A stretch of DNA of 64,000 bases from Chrysemys picta bellii. Lineage: Eukaryota. The stretch is from positions 17,236,001-17,300,000 of the forward strand of contig NC_088796.1 in NCBI RefSeq assembly GCF_011386835.1, in the 5' to 3' direction. Of this stretch, positions 23,324-35,177 are shown in pieces. Both the position numbers and the translations under genes were made by a program. The notes beneath the pieces were generated by a model. That model made no database searches, was not told where the DNA came from, and saw nothing but the letters and a program-made list of their open reading frames with translations. Each line of letters begins with the position of its first letter. Within the stretch, counting starts at the first letter, position 1.

Positions 23324-23955
23324 TGTGATGGGGGTATGCAAACCAAACTGGGAAGCAAGGGGTTAAGGAGCAACTCAGGGCCCAGGCAGCCCTGCCCAGC
23401 CATATCTGCAGGGCCTGGAAAAGCAGGAGACAGGGCTTTAAAAAGGGGAGCAGAGCAACTTAGTGGAAGGTAGTGGAAGGGAACAGAAGGCTGCTCTGAG
23501 GTGAACGTACTGCCCAGGAGCTCCCTGCCTGAGGCCTGGCTGCTCAGACTTATGCAACCTACGAAGGAGAGAAGTGACTGTGTGCAGGTCAGAGACTTGC
23601 TGGGAGTGATTTACTCTGGGAAGCTAAAGGAGACGGGATAGGAAGTGGTCTGGTGGGTGGGGGGGGGGGGCGAGCGACGCTGGCTGAGCACCCTGAGATG
23701 TCCAGTGGAGCTGTCCACCACTGGGCTATGGACCAGAGCTCAGTGGGGAGGGTGGGCCTGGGCTCCCCTACTCACTCCTAGAGGCCATTACAACACTGGG
23801 GCCTTCATCTATGGGGAGAGGACAGCGCAAGGACCCATTCCTGTGGACTGGAAACCCTTGGGGTGGGAGCACTCAAGGGCAGGACTGTTTTCTCTATGGG
23901 GAAATGACATGCCTGGCCACTAGGCCACATGGTGGGTGGTTGTGAAGCTTCTACA
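23324..23955 (+). mobile_element. Solo LTR (Gypsy-like)
   Basis: TG...CA (tgtgatggg..gcttctaca); 5-bp TSD gaggc/gagac. Confidence 0.7.
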
Positions 23956-25959
23956 GAGACTTATGTATCTTTTAAAAGGGACAGGAAACAGGACTAATAA
24001 AAAAAAATTTTTAAAGCATTTTTATATTAAGTTCCTGAAAAATTCTTTGAGATCTATTTTGGGTAAATGTTCAGGTTGCAAGGGAAAGCCCTCTGTTTGG
24101 GGGTATGTATTCTGGGAGTAAATGTCCTGTCAAGGGCATTCACCGTTGGGTTGGGCATTTGGTCTCTTTGGCGCGGAGAAGAGGCTGCTGTTGATTAATC
24201 CCTGTGAACTAGTATTAGTTTGTATTTCCTTAATATGTACTTGTGATAACCGATATTCTACCATAAAAGGCTAAGGCCAGACTTTCCAAACTAGAAGCCT
24301 AACATTAGGCTTTTAAATCTATGTTTAGGCTTCCAGGGTAAAATTATCAAAAGTTCCTTAGGAACCTAAATACGTCCCTTTGACTATCAGTGAGACTCCT
24401 AAGTCATTTAATAGCATTTGAAATTTTACCCCAGCCTTGTGTTTAAGAGCTTTGCTTGACTTAGATATGTGCTTAAACTTAAGCGTATGTTCAAGAGTTT
24501 TGCTGAATTGGGGCCCTTCACAGAAGGTGCTGAGCACTTGTGTCTCCCGTTGACTTCAGTGAGCATTCTCGCTGCTCAGCGCCTCTGCCTACATACAGAT
24601 TTAGGAGCCTACTTTGAGAAATGCAAGCTTAGAAAATTTGGGCCCCATCTTTGTATTGGTGAGTGACTCTGTATGCAGCTATGGAGTGTTTGTGCATATC
24701 CCTGTTTTCCTTTCCTAATCCAAAAATGACAGACAATGAAATGATGACTGAATATAAAACAATTGAATTGTTTTGCCTTTACTCCGATCTTTCATCCTTT
24801 AGGTTCCCAGAGAGCTTCACAACTTGGGGGCCAAGTTTTGCACTTCCATATAGGAGTGCAATGTCAATGGAAGTCAATGGCAGTTGGACATGTGTGTCTG
24901 AGCTTGGCCCCATAGACTGGACATATGGCACCATTTAAATACAGCCATTTAGGATCGAGAACAGAAGGCAGATGGGTTAATGGTGCACAGCAGACTGCAT
25001 AACTGCGCAAGGAGGGAAAATGTTGGCTGAAGACCCTGGAGCAAAACTACTGCTCTTACAAAAAGTGACAATCTTTTAAAATCCACAAATAGCAGAGGAG
25101 AGTCTCATTCGTTAATATTTCTCTTATGGATTCAGTGACCTCAAAGTATCTGCATTGTGGTTACAGAAGGGCTTGTCCATTCCTGTCTCCTGCACAGTAC
25201 CTGACATGAGGCCCAATTACTTGAGCATTATGCAGAGTGTGGGTATCTGAATTTCACTCAGAGGGGCTGATTTCAGTGTTGCACTAATGTATCTGAGAGC
25301 AGAGTCTGGTCCAAAGGGTCTAGGTTTATAGGTTTCAGTCTGAAAGCTGGGCATGAGCATTTCACATTTCAGTGGTCAGCTCTGTATGCTCTCATCATTA
25401 CAGAGCAAAGCATTGCTTAACAATATACTGCACATCAGAGAGATGTTAGCTTTGCATACAGTAAAGGCAACATCAGGGCTTAACAAGTCCCCTCCACCTT
25501 ATACATGAATTTATGATTTTCCAGCAATAATAAAACTGCCACTGCAAATGAAATGATATGTTGAACCAGGAATAACTTGTGTGTTTGCCACTTGTTTAGG
25601 ATTGTTAGCAAGGAGCAACAGAACACATAGGCCTTTCTACTAAAGCTGTCTCAGATGTTACTTTTTAAAAAAAGCAGGAGTCTTTGGGAAATTAAAGTTG
25701 CAAGGAATAAATGGTTTCATACATAAACATTTTAGTTTCCATTCCGAGTAGCTCAGAGATTTTGGAGGCTGGTTTGTGAATACCTAGGCACAGCCGTATT
25801 TATGATGCTGCCCAATCTTGTATCGGGCGAGACAGAAAGGCAGAAGTAACACGCGCTTTTCACTTCTGTGATTCTGAAAAGGTCACTGATGGCATTTGTC
25901 AAATACGCCAGGAGCTGCTACGGTGGCTCTGATTCTGTAGGATGCTCTGGATTAAAAGC

Positions 25960-26060
25960 ATCTTTGCATTTGGGACCGTCACATCACCTCGGTACAGTGC
26001 CTAGCACGATGGGGCCCTGATCTCTGCTAGGAGATTTCTAGGTGCTGCGGTAATACAAAA
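25960..26060 (+). mobile_element. L2-type 3' tail
   Basis: gtacagtgcctagcacgatggggccctgatc..aggtgctgcggtaatacaaaaaata. Confidence 0.55.
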
Positions 26061-27044
26061 AATACTTAACAGTACAAAGGTGCCCCTAACAGACTCTAAA
26101 ACTGTATGTATTTAGTGCTCATTAAAGGGGCTAGACTGACAGCCCTGGAGAGTGAAATCCAGGGCTGTTCACTGTCCAGCATCACCTATGACTCTTGTGC
26201 ATTTGACTGCTCCAGTGCCATCTGTCCACAGCTTGAGTGTCATGTCATGGGGAGAGCTGTGAGCCATGTTTGCAGTTCTTCCTTCTGGCCACTAGAAGCT
26301 GCCATGGAGCCCAGCTTCTTCTGCTAGCTGGCCCCGTGGCTCTCAAAGAAACCACAGGCAGATCCCCTTCTCTTAGAGTCCCCTTTGTCCAGACAGCTTC
26401 CCACCAGAGACACCTTAGCCAAATCCCAGATCTCTGCTCTCCAGAGACCCCACCACCAGTTCCCCAAACAGCACCCACACACATCTCAGCACTCCCAGGC
26501 ACTCCAGTTCTCTACCAAGCCTGACATCAAGCACTTCTACCCCAGCCCCCCACCTTCCTACCCCAACCACTGCCAACAGCACTCAGACTCAAACCCCTGT
26601 CAACCCACCCAGCAAACTCAGACTCCCAGTAGCACTCCCTACCTCAAACCCCTATACAGCCACCCACCCTCTCCCAGGCTCAGAGGTACCAAATCTTCAT
26701 GTCCTGTGTGGTCCACTGCTTGAGGATGGGTGTATTGACTGTAAGATGCTTATGATCACATGTCAATTATTTGAATTAATGCAAATTGCCCATTAAATAA
26801 TTTGCATAAAATCTGTCATCTGGAGTTGTGCAAATCTTGGAAGTCCCCTGCTGATGTACAGAACAGGTATGTTTCCAGCAACAGCAGTGAAAAATTCCCC
26901 AATGTAGCTCAAGCCAGACTTGGAGAGACTGTTAGGTTTGAAAATGCCTAGGTTTTGCGGGGACTTCAGCATGCCACAGTACCAACCCTTGTCTTGGCAA
27001 TCACTGGTCATGTGCCAGGTGCACCATTGTAGGCATGTTCACTC

Positions 27045-29400
27045 TAGAACCATAGGGTTAGAAGGGTCATCTGGTCTAACCCTCTGCCGAGATGTTGTGT
27101 CTAAACCATCCAAGACAGGTGGCTCTCCAGCCTCCTTTTGAAAACCTCCAGTGAAGGAGCTTCCATGACTTCCCTAAGCAGTTTGTTCCATTGTCCTACC
27201 GTTTTTAAAGTGAGGAAATTTTTCCTGAGATTTAATCTAAATCTGCTGTGCTGTAGTTAGAACCCATTGCCTCTTGTCTTGCCCTCTGTGGCAAGAGAAC
27301 AACTTTTCTCCATCTTTTTTTATGGCAGCCTTTCAAGTATTTGAAGACCACTATCATGTCCCCTCTTAATCTCCTCTTTTCCAAACTAAACATACCCAGT
27401 TGCTTCAGCCTTTGCTCATATGGTTTGCATTCCATCCCTTTGATCATGTTTGTTGCTCACCTCTGGATCTTTTTCAGTTTCTCTACATCCCTTCTCTACA
27501 TTTCTCAAAATTGGACATAGTACACCAGCTGAGGCCTACCAGCACTGAGTAGAGTGGTACTATCGTCTCCCATGACTTGCATGTTATTCCTCTGTCAATG
27601 AACCCAAAATTGCATTTTTTTTTCCGCATTGTTGACTCACGTTGAGGCTGTGATCCACCACAACTCCCAGATCCTTCTCAGCAGTTTTATATATTGCTCT
27701 AGTAGCCTCCCAGGTATCAAGGTCAGGCTGACTGGTCTATAGTTCTCCGGCTCCTCCTTTTTCCTCTTTTTAAAGCTGAGCACAACATTAGCCCTTCTGC
27801 AGTCTTCTGGGAGCTCTCCTGTCATCCATGAGTTTGCAAAGAATATTGCCAGTGGCTCCAAGATTTCTTCAGCTAATACCTGCAGCACGCTGGCGTGAAT
27901 AGTATCTGGCCCTGCTGACTTGAATTCATTCAAATTAGTCAGAAGATCTCTGACATGTTCTTTACTTATCCTGAACTGCATCCCTTCCCCTTTATTGTCT
28001 ATGGTAACTTCACTAGTCATCCAGTCACATGTTGTTTTTTGTCAGAAGACTGAAGCCAAGTAGGCACTGAGCAGCTATGCCTTTCTATCATCTTCCGTTA
28101 CCAGCTCACCTTCTCCATTGAGCAGCGGACCCACATTGTCCTTGACCTTTCTTTTTTGGCTGACATATTTGTAGAACCCCTTCTTCTTGAGTCTAATATT
28201 TCTTGCCAGCTGTAACTCATTCTTTGCCTTGGCTTTCCTGATTTTGTCCCTACACACTCATGCTATGCCCATGTATACTTCCTTGGTGACATGCCCCTCC
28301 TTCCATTTCCTATATGTATCCTTTTTGGGTTAGATCAGTGGTTTTCAAACTGTGGGTCGTGACCCTAGACTGGGTCGTGGAATGTAAGGCACTGGGTCGC
28401 GGCAGCTCTGGTCAGCACTGCCGACGGGGCTGTTAAAAGTCCCGTCGGCGGTGCTGACCAGCTAAGGGAGGCTAGTCCCTACCTGTTCCAACACCGGGCT
28501 GCGCCCTGGAAGGGGCCAGCAATGGGTCTGTCTCCTAGGTGGGAGGGCCACGGGCTCCACGCGCTGCCCCTACCCCAAGCACCGGCTCCACACTTCCATT
28601 GGCCGGTTCCTGGGGGGGGCGGTGCCTGCAGGCAAGAGCTGCGCGGAACCACTAATACACCTCCACCTAGGAGCTGGACTTTCTGCTGGCTACTTCCAGG
28701 GCGCAGCATGGTCCACGGTGCCAGAATAGGCAGGAAACCTGCCTTAGCACTGCCACTGTCCAGGAGCCACCCGAGGTAAGCCTGTGCCCCGATCCCCTGC
28801 CCCATCCTTGAGCCCCCGCCCAACTCCAGAGCCCCTTCCTGCACCTCAAACCCCTCGATCCTGGCTGCACCCCAGAGCCTGTACCCAGAGCCCTGAGCCC
28901 CCCCCAAACCTGGAGCCTCCTCCTGCACCCACATCCTCACCCCACAGCCCTCACCCCCATTCCTCAACCCTGAGCCCCTCCCACACCCCAAACCCCTCGT
29001 CTCGAGCTCTCTTGGGTTGCAGGCATCAACAATTTTCTTCATCTGGGTCACCAGAAAAAAAGTTTGAAAACCACTAGGTTAGATAGTGTAAAAATTCTCC
29101 TTGTGTAGCCACAGTGGCCTTCTGTGGCTCTTCTTATATTTCCTTTGCCTCGAAATAGCTTGATATTGAGCCTCTACTATTACATCTTTTAAGAATTGCC
29201 AGTCCCCTTTGACTCCTTTTCTTCCTAATTGGTCATTCCATGGGACCTTGCCTACTAACTCTCTGAGTTGGTTGAAATCCACTTTTCTGAAGTCCAGTGT
29301 CCTTGTTTTGCTGTTCTCATGTTCTCTTTTCCTTAGGATCTTGAATTCTGTCAGATCATGATCATCTAGTGAGTCCCATACCACTCTCCAACTGCTCTCA
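27045..29400 (-). mobile_element. CR1 LINE (ORF2 middle plus 3' end), internally deleted and interrupted by a hAT MITE
   Basis: ORFs 29079..29420 (DHDLTEF..RTLDFRKVDF), 28075..28257, 27637..28020 (KSAGPD.IH..WMTGELPEDCRRANVV..NYRPVSLT) and 27232..27447 ([14 protein letters not shown]). Confidence 0.93.
28336..29076. mobile_element. hAT (Buster/Charlie-type) MITE
   Basis: TIRs cagtggttttcaaact / agtttgaaaaccacta; perfect TSD ggttagat at 28328-28335 and 29077-29084. Confidence 0.92.
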
Positions 29401-31029
29401 CTGTCATGGTCCTCCCACACACCTGGCCTTTGTAACTTACTCCTCCTATTTTGTCCCAGAATGCCCAGGGATGGGGTGGAGGGGGAGAAGTGGGGAGAGC
29501 AGCATCAGAATTGCTCTTCTCTGATTTGCCATACTGCCCTCTGTTGCCAATCACAGCTTGGCTGATTCATCACACGTGGCCTTTACTTGATTTCCAGCAC
29601 CTGTCCCATAATGTGATGGTGCTGTTTGTGATGCTGACTTGTGTCTGCTGGGGGCTGAACTAAATCCACCAAACTCATTTGAAGTAGACTTCTGAACAGC
29701 CATGGGGTGTGGAGAAGTTTAATTTACTACTGGCTTTGGACCTAAAAGTGAAGATTCATTCACACAGTTTCTCTTCTCCCCTTTAGACAGATTTTGTAAC
29801 TCTTTTCTACCAAAAGGCACAGTACAACAACCAACAAAAATCCTACTTGCTCTCCCTGCTAAGCTCAGCAAAATCTATTCTGACAAATGAGCTTCACACA
29901 TTCGTACCCTCTCTGGTCTTTCTCCTTCTCCAGACCCATATTTCCCCCTAGTTTTTCTGATTCTCTGGTCATTCTGTGTTGCTTCAATTCCTCCTTCCCA
30001 GGTATATGCAGCTGCAAAACTGAGCCCAGAGTGTGGAATGCTCTGAAGTACGTGCTTAGTTCCCCCAGAGGAACTTTAGCACATGCTTAAATTTAAAAGA
30101 TCTCTTCTGAACAGGGACGCTTTCTTGCGTCAGGACCCTGGTGACCTTTTAAATGTATTTGTTAAAGGCAAACCTGATTGTCAGGTAGGTTTGCCAGTTC
30201 AGATTTGGATTAGACCAGCTTTATTTTATATTGCACTACAGACTGCAGAATCACTCACATTTTTGCTACATCAAGTAGGGATTTAGTCCCAGAGAGAGAA
30301 TATTATTCAATATTTGAAACCCCGCAGGTCAGGCTTCAGCCTTAAAGTAGGATTCCAAACCACATTTAAATACAGGGATATTTGTTCTCTTTAGGCGCTT
30401 CAAGCATAGGGGGAAAAAACCTTTGCCACCATCATTCTGCTCATTACAACAGGTATTAAAATGGTTTCCCATGGAAGAGAAGAAACTGTGAGCAAGGAAA
30501 GCTTAAGCAATAAAATCCAAAGAAAATGGATGTAAAAAACCCACATGGTTTATAAAATCAATACCTCTTGCCAAATTTCATGAGAAGTCTAATTAAGGCA
30601 TACTTGTAATTGTTTACATGAGATCCTGCAAATAATCTGAATTAATACTGTGAAAGGAAAAATGAGGCAAAACAATGTGACTGAAAAAAGATGTGCGGCC
30701 TTGGTGGAGCGGTGAGCTCGAAAGACGTCAGCGCTGACTGAAATGAAAGGCCAATTCCTGCTGTGTCTGAAGTTGGCAAACCACTGAGCCAAGATGTCAG
30801 AGTTGCTCTTGCTCCCCTTGGAGAACCCACCGCGTTTGGAACTAAAAATTAATAAACTTTATGAATAATGAAACTACATGAGGGAACACAAAGCATGTTT
30901 AGAGAAGGGGAATGGGCCTTAGGCGCTGTTTTCTCTCCAGCTACCAGCTTAAGTTTAAGCCACTTGTAATATAATAAGGGGCCTTTTTGTAACTCCCTGT
31001 TCTAGATAATCTAATCTAACCTCAGGGCA

Positions 31030-31230
31030 CAGTCTAGTGGTTAAAAAACAGGCCTGCGAGCCAGAAGAGTTCTAGTCTTGACTCTGAAGTCAGTGGAAAG
31101 CCAGTGCATCATCTTGGGCAGGACATTTATTAGTGCCTCAGTTTCCCCCAAGGAATATTTATGCATACTTGCCTTACAGGAATGTTATTGAATGTATTAG
31201 TGAGTGTGTAGTGCTCTGAAGACAGAGTTA
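31030..31230 (+). mobile_element. MIR/CORE-SINE
   Basis: tctagtggttaaaaaacagg..atcttgggcagg..tgcctcagtttcccc. Confidence 0.6.
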
Positions 31231-32529
31231 TTTTTAGCGACATTACATTCTCATCCCGATTTTGGACACTTAAAGTTATGGAGCAGTCTGATTCAAGGTG
31301 CTGGTTTGATCTATCATACAGAGAATGTGCTGGGATAAAATTTAGATGCAGAATCAGGTGGGTTCTAAATCCCACCTATGTTTGATATGATATGGATCTG
31401 GAGATAGATTTGGTTTGGAACAGTTTCTTGTTAAAATCCTTGGTTTAGAAAGTTGTATTGTGCGTTCTCTATGGGGATACTATGGTCTATGGAATGCACT
31501 CACCTCATTATGTCTCCATACTTCTTTTCTCTCAGGTGTTTAGGGATGGGGCAGCTATGGGTAGAGGATAAAACTAGGGGGGGGGTTATTTTGTATATAT
31601 TTGACCTCGTATTATTATGACCATATTCTTCTTTAGTTGAACGATTGTGAATTTGTTATTGTCAGCATTCACAGGGCTCTTTTGTAATTTAGAAATCTGT
31701 GCACTGGGAAATACTGATTCATGGTGCTAATGGGTTTATGGCTTTTAGCACGCCCCAAATACCATTCTACTGATGTGGCAGGAACAAAGCTCATGGTCGT
31801 TTTTGTGAAGAAAACCACCTAACATCAGACCTAAAAGGTTCAGTAAATGACACTGCAGAAATAGAAAACCAGATTAACTGTCATATCTCATCATTGAGCC
31901 TGCTTTGGGTTATGGAGGCAGATTCGATCAGGCTTATGTTTCTCTACCCAAACCTAAACAGGCCTCATGGCCAAAATATTGCCTCTAATTTCATTTTCTA
32001 CCCCTATTGTGTGTTTTACTAGTGTATAGTTGGATGCACCCCTAGTTCTGATGTCATTATGATGAAGTAATTGATATTGAATAGCCTACATTGACCATGA
32101 CATGATTGCTATAATATTATGGGATAAAATGTCTCAAGGGACTATAATAGATTGTGGAGCTTTTCATCTCTCTGTCTTAGATAAAAATCCATCCTAGGTC
32201 AATAGTAACTGCATTTTTTTCTGCAGTTTGAGTCTCGTGCATAGATGCCCTTCATAAAAAACACCATTGCTATTGGTTGCAATTTACACTTGTTGCAAAC
32301 TCAATCCACAGTTCATGAACCTCAATGGACATGAAAACAGAAATTGAACTTCCAGCTCCTCCCGATAAGAGGTCCAAGCCAGTCACAAGCGAGTAACATT
32401 GATGGGACAGTGTAGGAAAACTTGTATCATTGCAACCCAGGCTGTAAATGCACTACAGCTATCAGTCTGACACCTATCATAGCACTAAATGCTAACTAAC
32501 TAACTTTTTATTATTTCTAATGTAATATA

Positions 32530-32750
32530 ATATCTAGCTCTTACATAGCACTTTTCATCCACAGATTTCAAAGTGCTTTACAAAGGAGGTCGGTACCATT
32601 ACCCGCATTTTACTGATGAGCAAATTTATTACAAAGGGAGATGAAGCAACTTGCCCAAGTTGATGTAGCAGGTTAGGGGCAGAACTGGGGATAGAGATGA
32701 GGTCTTGAATCCTAGCACAGTGCTCGATCCACTAGGCTACACTGCAAAAC
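32530..32750 (-). mobile_element. MIR/CORE-SINE
   Basis: cattacccgcattttactgatgag..gcaacttgcccaag..tccactaggctacactgc. Confidence 0.65.
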
Positions 32751-32785
32751 CAATGTTTAATTTGGCTGTGAATATTGAACTGAGA

Positions 32786-32910
32786 GAGACAAGGTGGGTG
32801 AGATGATATCTTTTATTGGGCCAACTTCGGTTGGTGAGAGAGACAAGCTTTCAAGCTTACTCAGAGCTCTTCTTCATGTCTGGGAAAAGTATTCAGAGTG
32901 TCACAGTTAC
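32786..32910 (-). mobile_element. PLE 3' terminal fragment (same family as 14100-14410 and 37350-37650)
   Basis: Reverse complement of the PLE end; contains a hammerhead-like motif at 32841-32881 (AGAC-ATGAAGA-A-gagc..gctt-GAAA-GC-TT-GTCT). Confidence 0.8.
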
Positions 32911-33094
32911 ATATTTCACAGTAATCTGAATAAATCAGATGTACTGTAAAACATCTTCTGACCCTGTCTTTTTTTAACAGATATAAACTAATCCATTGTA
33001 CTATATCAAGTATCAGGGGGTAGCCGTGTTAGTCTGTATCTACAAAAACAACAAGGAGTCTGGTGGCACCTTAAAGACTAACAGATTTATTTGG

Positions 33095-33135
33095 GCATAA
33101 GCTTTCGTGAGTAAAAACCTCACTTCTTCGGATGC
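33095..33135 (-). ncRNA. Minimal type I hammerhead ribozyme motif (mirror copy)
   Basis: Exact reverse complement of 33134-33174. Confidence 0.55.
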
Positions 33136-33174
33136 ATCCGAAGAAGTGAGGTTTTTACTCACGAAAGCTTATGC
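33134..33174 (+). ncRNA. Minimal type I hammerhead ribozyme motif
   Basis: GCAT-CCGAAGA-A-GTGAG(gttttta)CTCAC-GAAA-GC-TT-ATGC: stem I GCAT/ATGC, 5-bp stem II, palindromic AAGCTT stem III; position 4 is C rather than U. Confidence 0.55.
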
Positions 33175-33259
33175 CCAAATAAATCTGTTAGTCTTTAAGG
33201 TGCCACCAGACTCCATTGTACTATGTAAGCGTCTTTAGATTTGTAGCTCTTTGGGGGAG

Positions 33260-33971
33260 AGTAGCGGGGTGATCACCCGCTCCAGCCCTGAAGGGGTTGG
33301 AAAAGCCCTGCAGAGGGCTGGGGCTGGGTAAAAAGGAGCAAAACCCCGGCTGATTGGGGAAGTGGCGGCAGCTGGGGCCACGCCCCAAACTGAGCCACTC
33401 AGCCTTATAAGAAGGCCGGGGTAGCCAGAACAGAGCAGTCTCCCTCTGACAGGAGAGACAGACCGACCGACCGACCGGGCTGCAGGGAGCTCACCTGGGG
33501 ACCTAGAGTGAGGTAGGGCTGGGGGAAGGCCTTGAGGGTAGAGAAGCCCTAAGCCAGCAACTCCCCAGGCTGCAGAGCTTGGTCCTAGGCCATATAGGTA
33601 TTGGGGTTGCAGAGGGGCAGCCTGAGGGTGGGTAAAAGCAGCCAATCCAAACCCCTTGTTGCTGGTGATGATTGGCTGATAGACTGCAGTCTGCCCTAGG
33701 GTGCGGGGTCTAGATTGTGACTGGCAGTAGCCATGACTGAAGCAACATTGGGATAAGGGTGGGGGTTCCCCTGGATGGGGAGACCCAGAGAAAGAGTGGG
33801 GTACTGCTGCGGTGGCAGCACTTAAGTCAAGGGCACTGGGGTCTGGGAGGGACATGGGGGCCAAAGACAGGTGGGACACCTGGCCTGCAGAGGGTGCTTC
33901 AGAGGCTGGTGAGCTAATTCCCTGGATGACCAGCAGGAGGTGCTGCAGGGGTGAGTCCACGCCTGATTACA
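33260..33971 (+). mobile_element. Solo LTR (Gypsy-like)
   Basis: (a)gtagcggggtgatcacccgc...gcctgattaca; GC-rich; internal (gacc)n; no clean TSD. Confidence 0.65.
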
Positions 33972-34689
33972 GGCTGGGATTGTTTCATACTATGTCTTTA
34001 CGCAGTGCCTCATACAACAAAGCCCTGACGTCAGTGGAGACCACTAGGCAATACAGCAGTACAAGTAACTGCATACTTGGGGGCAGATTCCATTCTTATT
34101 GAAGTCCTGTGGAGCAATAGGACTCCCTACTGAAGTCAATCAGAACAAGATCATTCCTCAACTGAACTTGAAGCAGGAATTAATACAGGACAGTGCTATA
34201 GCTTGTGGTAGGCAGAAGGTCAGACTAGATCATCATAATGGTTCCTTCTGGCCTTAAAATCTATGGATATGAACAAAACAGAACAGCTGATTTTACATTG
34301 TTTTATCAAAGCAGTTTTTGCAGATTTTCAATCAATTTAAATTCGTAAGGGTTTGCAGGGTTTTATAGTCCACCCACAATCTCAAAATCAGTTAAGATTA
34401 CTGAATTTCTTCTCTTTGTGTGTCAAAATGCTGCAAACCCACAAATTTCACGTGTCCCTGCAGATTCCTAAACCAGCCCAGTTTGGCTTGAAAGTTTCGC
34501 TACAACCTGTTGCATCTTATTTGAGTTTCAAGTTGATACACAATCTAGAAGCAGGTGAATTGGAGATGACTTTAGTTTCAATAACTGCAATAATTTTCTA
34601 GTGCACTGATTCAGTGTTCAAAAAATTACTTTTTGTTTCTCTGAAAAGAGGAAAATAACAGGGAGCTTAAGTTTAGTTCAGGAGAGGGA

Positions 34690-34870
34690 CTCCCGGTCAG
34701 CTAGTGGTTGGTGCATGGGAATGGGAATCAGTGGGACTTGATATATTGTCACCCATAGACAAGTCACTTGATCTCCCTCTGCTTCAGATTTCCCCCATCT
34801 GTAAAGTGGGGAGATTGATGTTTGCCTCTATTTGGTTGGGAAGTGCTTTGAGATCTGTAGATGAAAAGTA
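34690..34870 (+). mobile_element. MIR/CORE-SINE
   Basis: gacaagtcacttgatctccctctgcttcagatttcccccatctgtaaagtgggga..aagtgctttgagatc. Confidence 0.7.
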
Positions 34871-35177
34871 AAGAAGAAGGACTCAATAATATACATTATA
34901 ATATGAACAAAAACTTTACCCGCAATCAGCAATCTCCAGGTATTAACCCACCAAATTCTATCTTGGATATATTTTTATCTAAATAGAGGTGGCATGAAGT
35001 GTTAAAATCACAAACCACCCACCCCATCCAGAAACCACATTTCAATCTGAGCATGTCACCCGCAGGCCCTATGGAAAGTCGGTTGAGTAGCCAAAAGTGT
35101 GAATTAAATCTGTGAGGGGTAAAAGGTGACTTTATTATATTAAATGACTATTCAAAGCAAATAACAATAACAGACAA

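Larger units (their letters stand above)
33005..33214 (-). mobile_element. Non-autonomous PLE hairpin insertion (3' pseudo-LTR plus inverted copy)
   Basis: Perfect 80+80 bp palindrome 33055-33214; 13-bp direct repeat tccattgtactat at 32992-33004 and 33212-33224. Confidence 0.88.

Noticed and set aside
28479-29051. 190-aa Gly-rich ORF and overlapping Pro-rich ORFs
   Set aside because: Entirely within a TSD-flanked GC-rich hAT MITE; compositional artefact
33055-33214. CRISPR-like or miRNA interpretation of the recurring palindromes
   Set aside because: No repeat-spacer array; the copies are dispersed, TSD-flanked and homologous to a PLE 3' end
33235-33960. 241-aa ORF, the longest in the window
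   Set aside because: Coincides with a GC-rich solo LTR; low complexity, no gag/pol motifs
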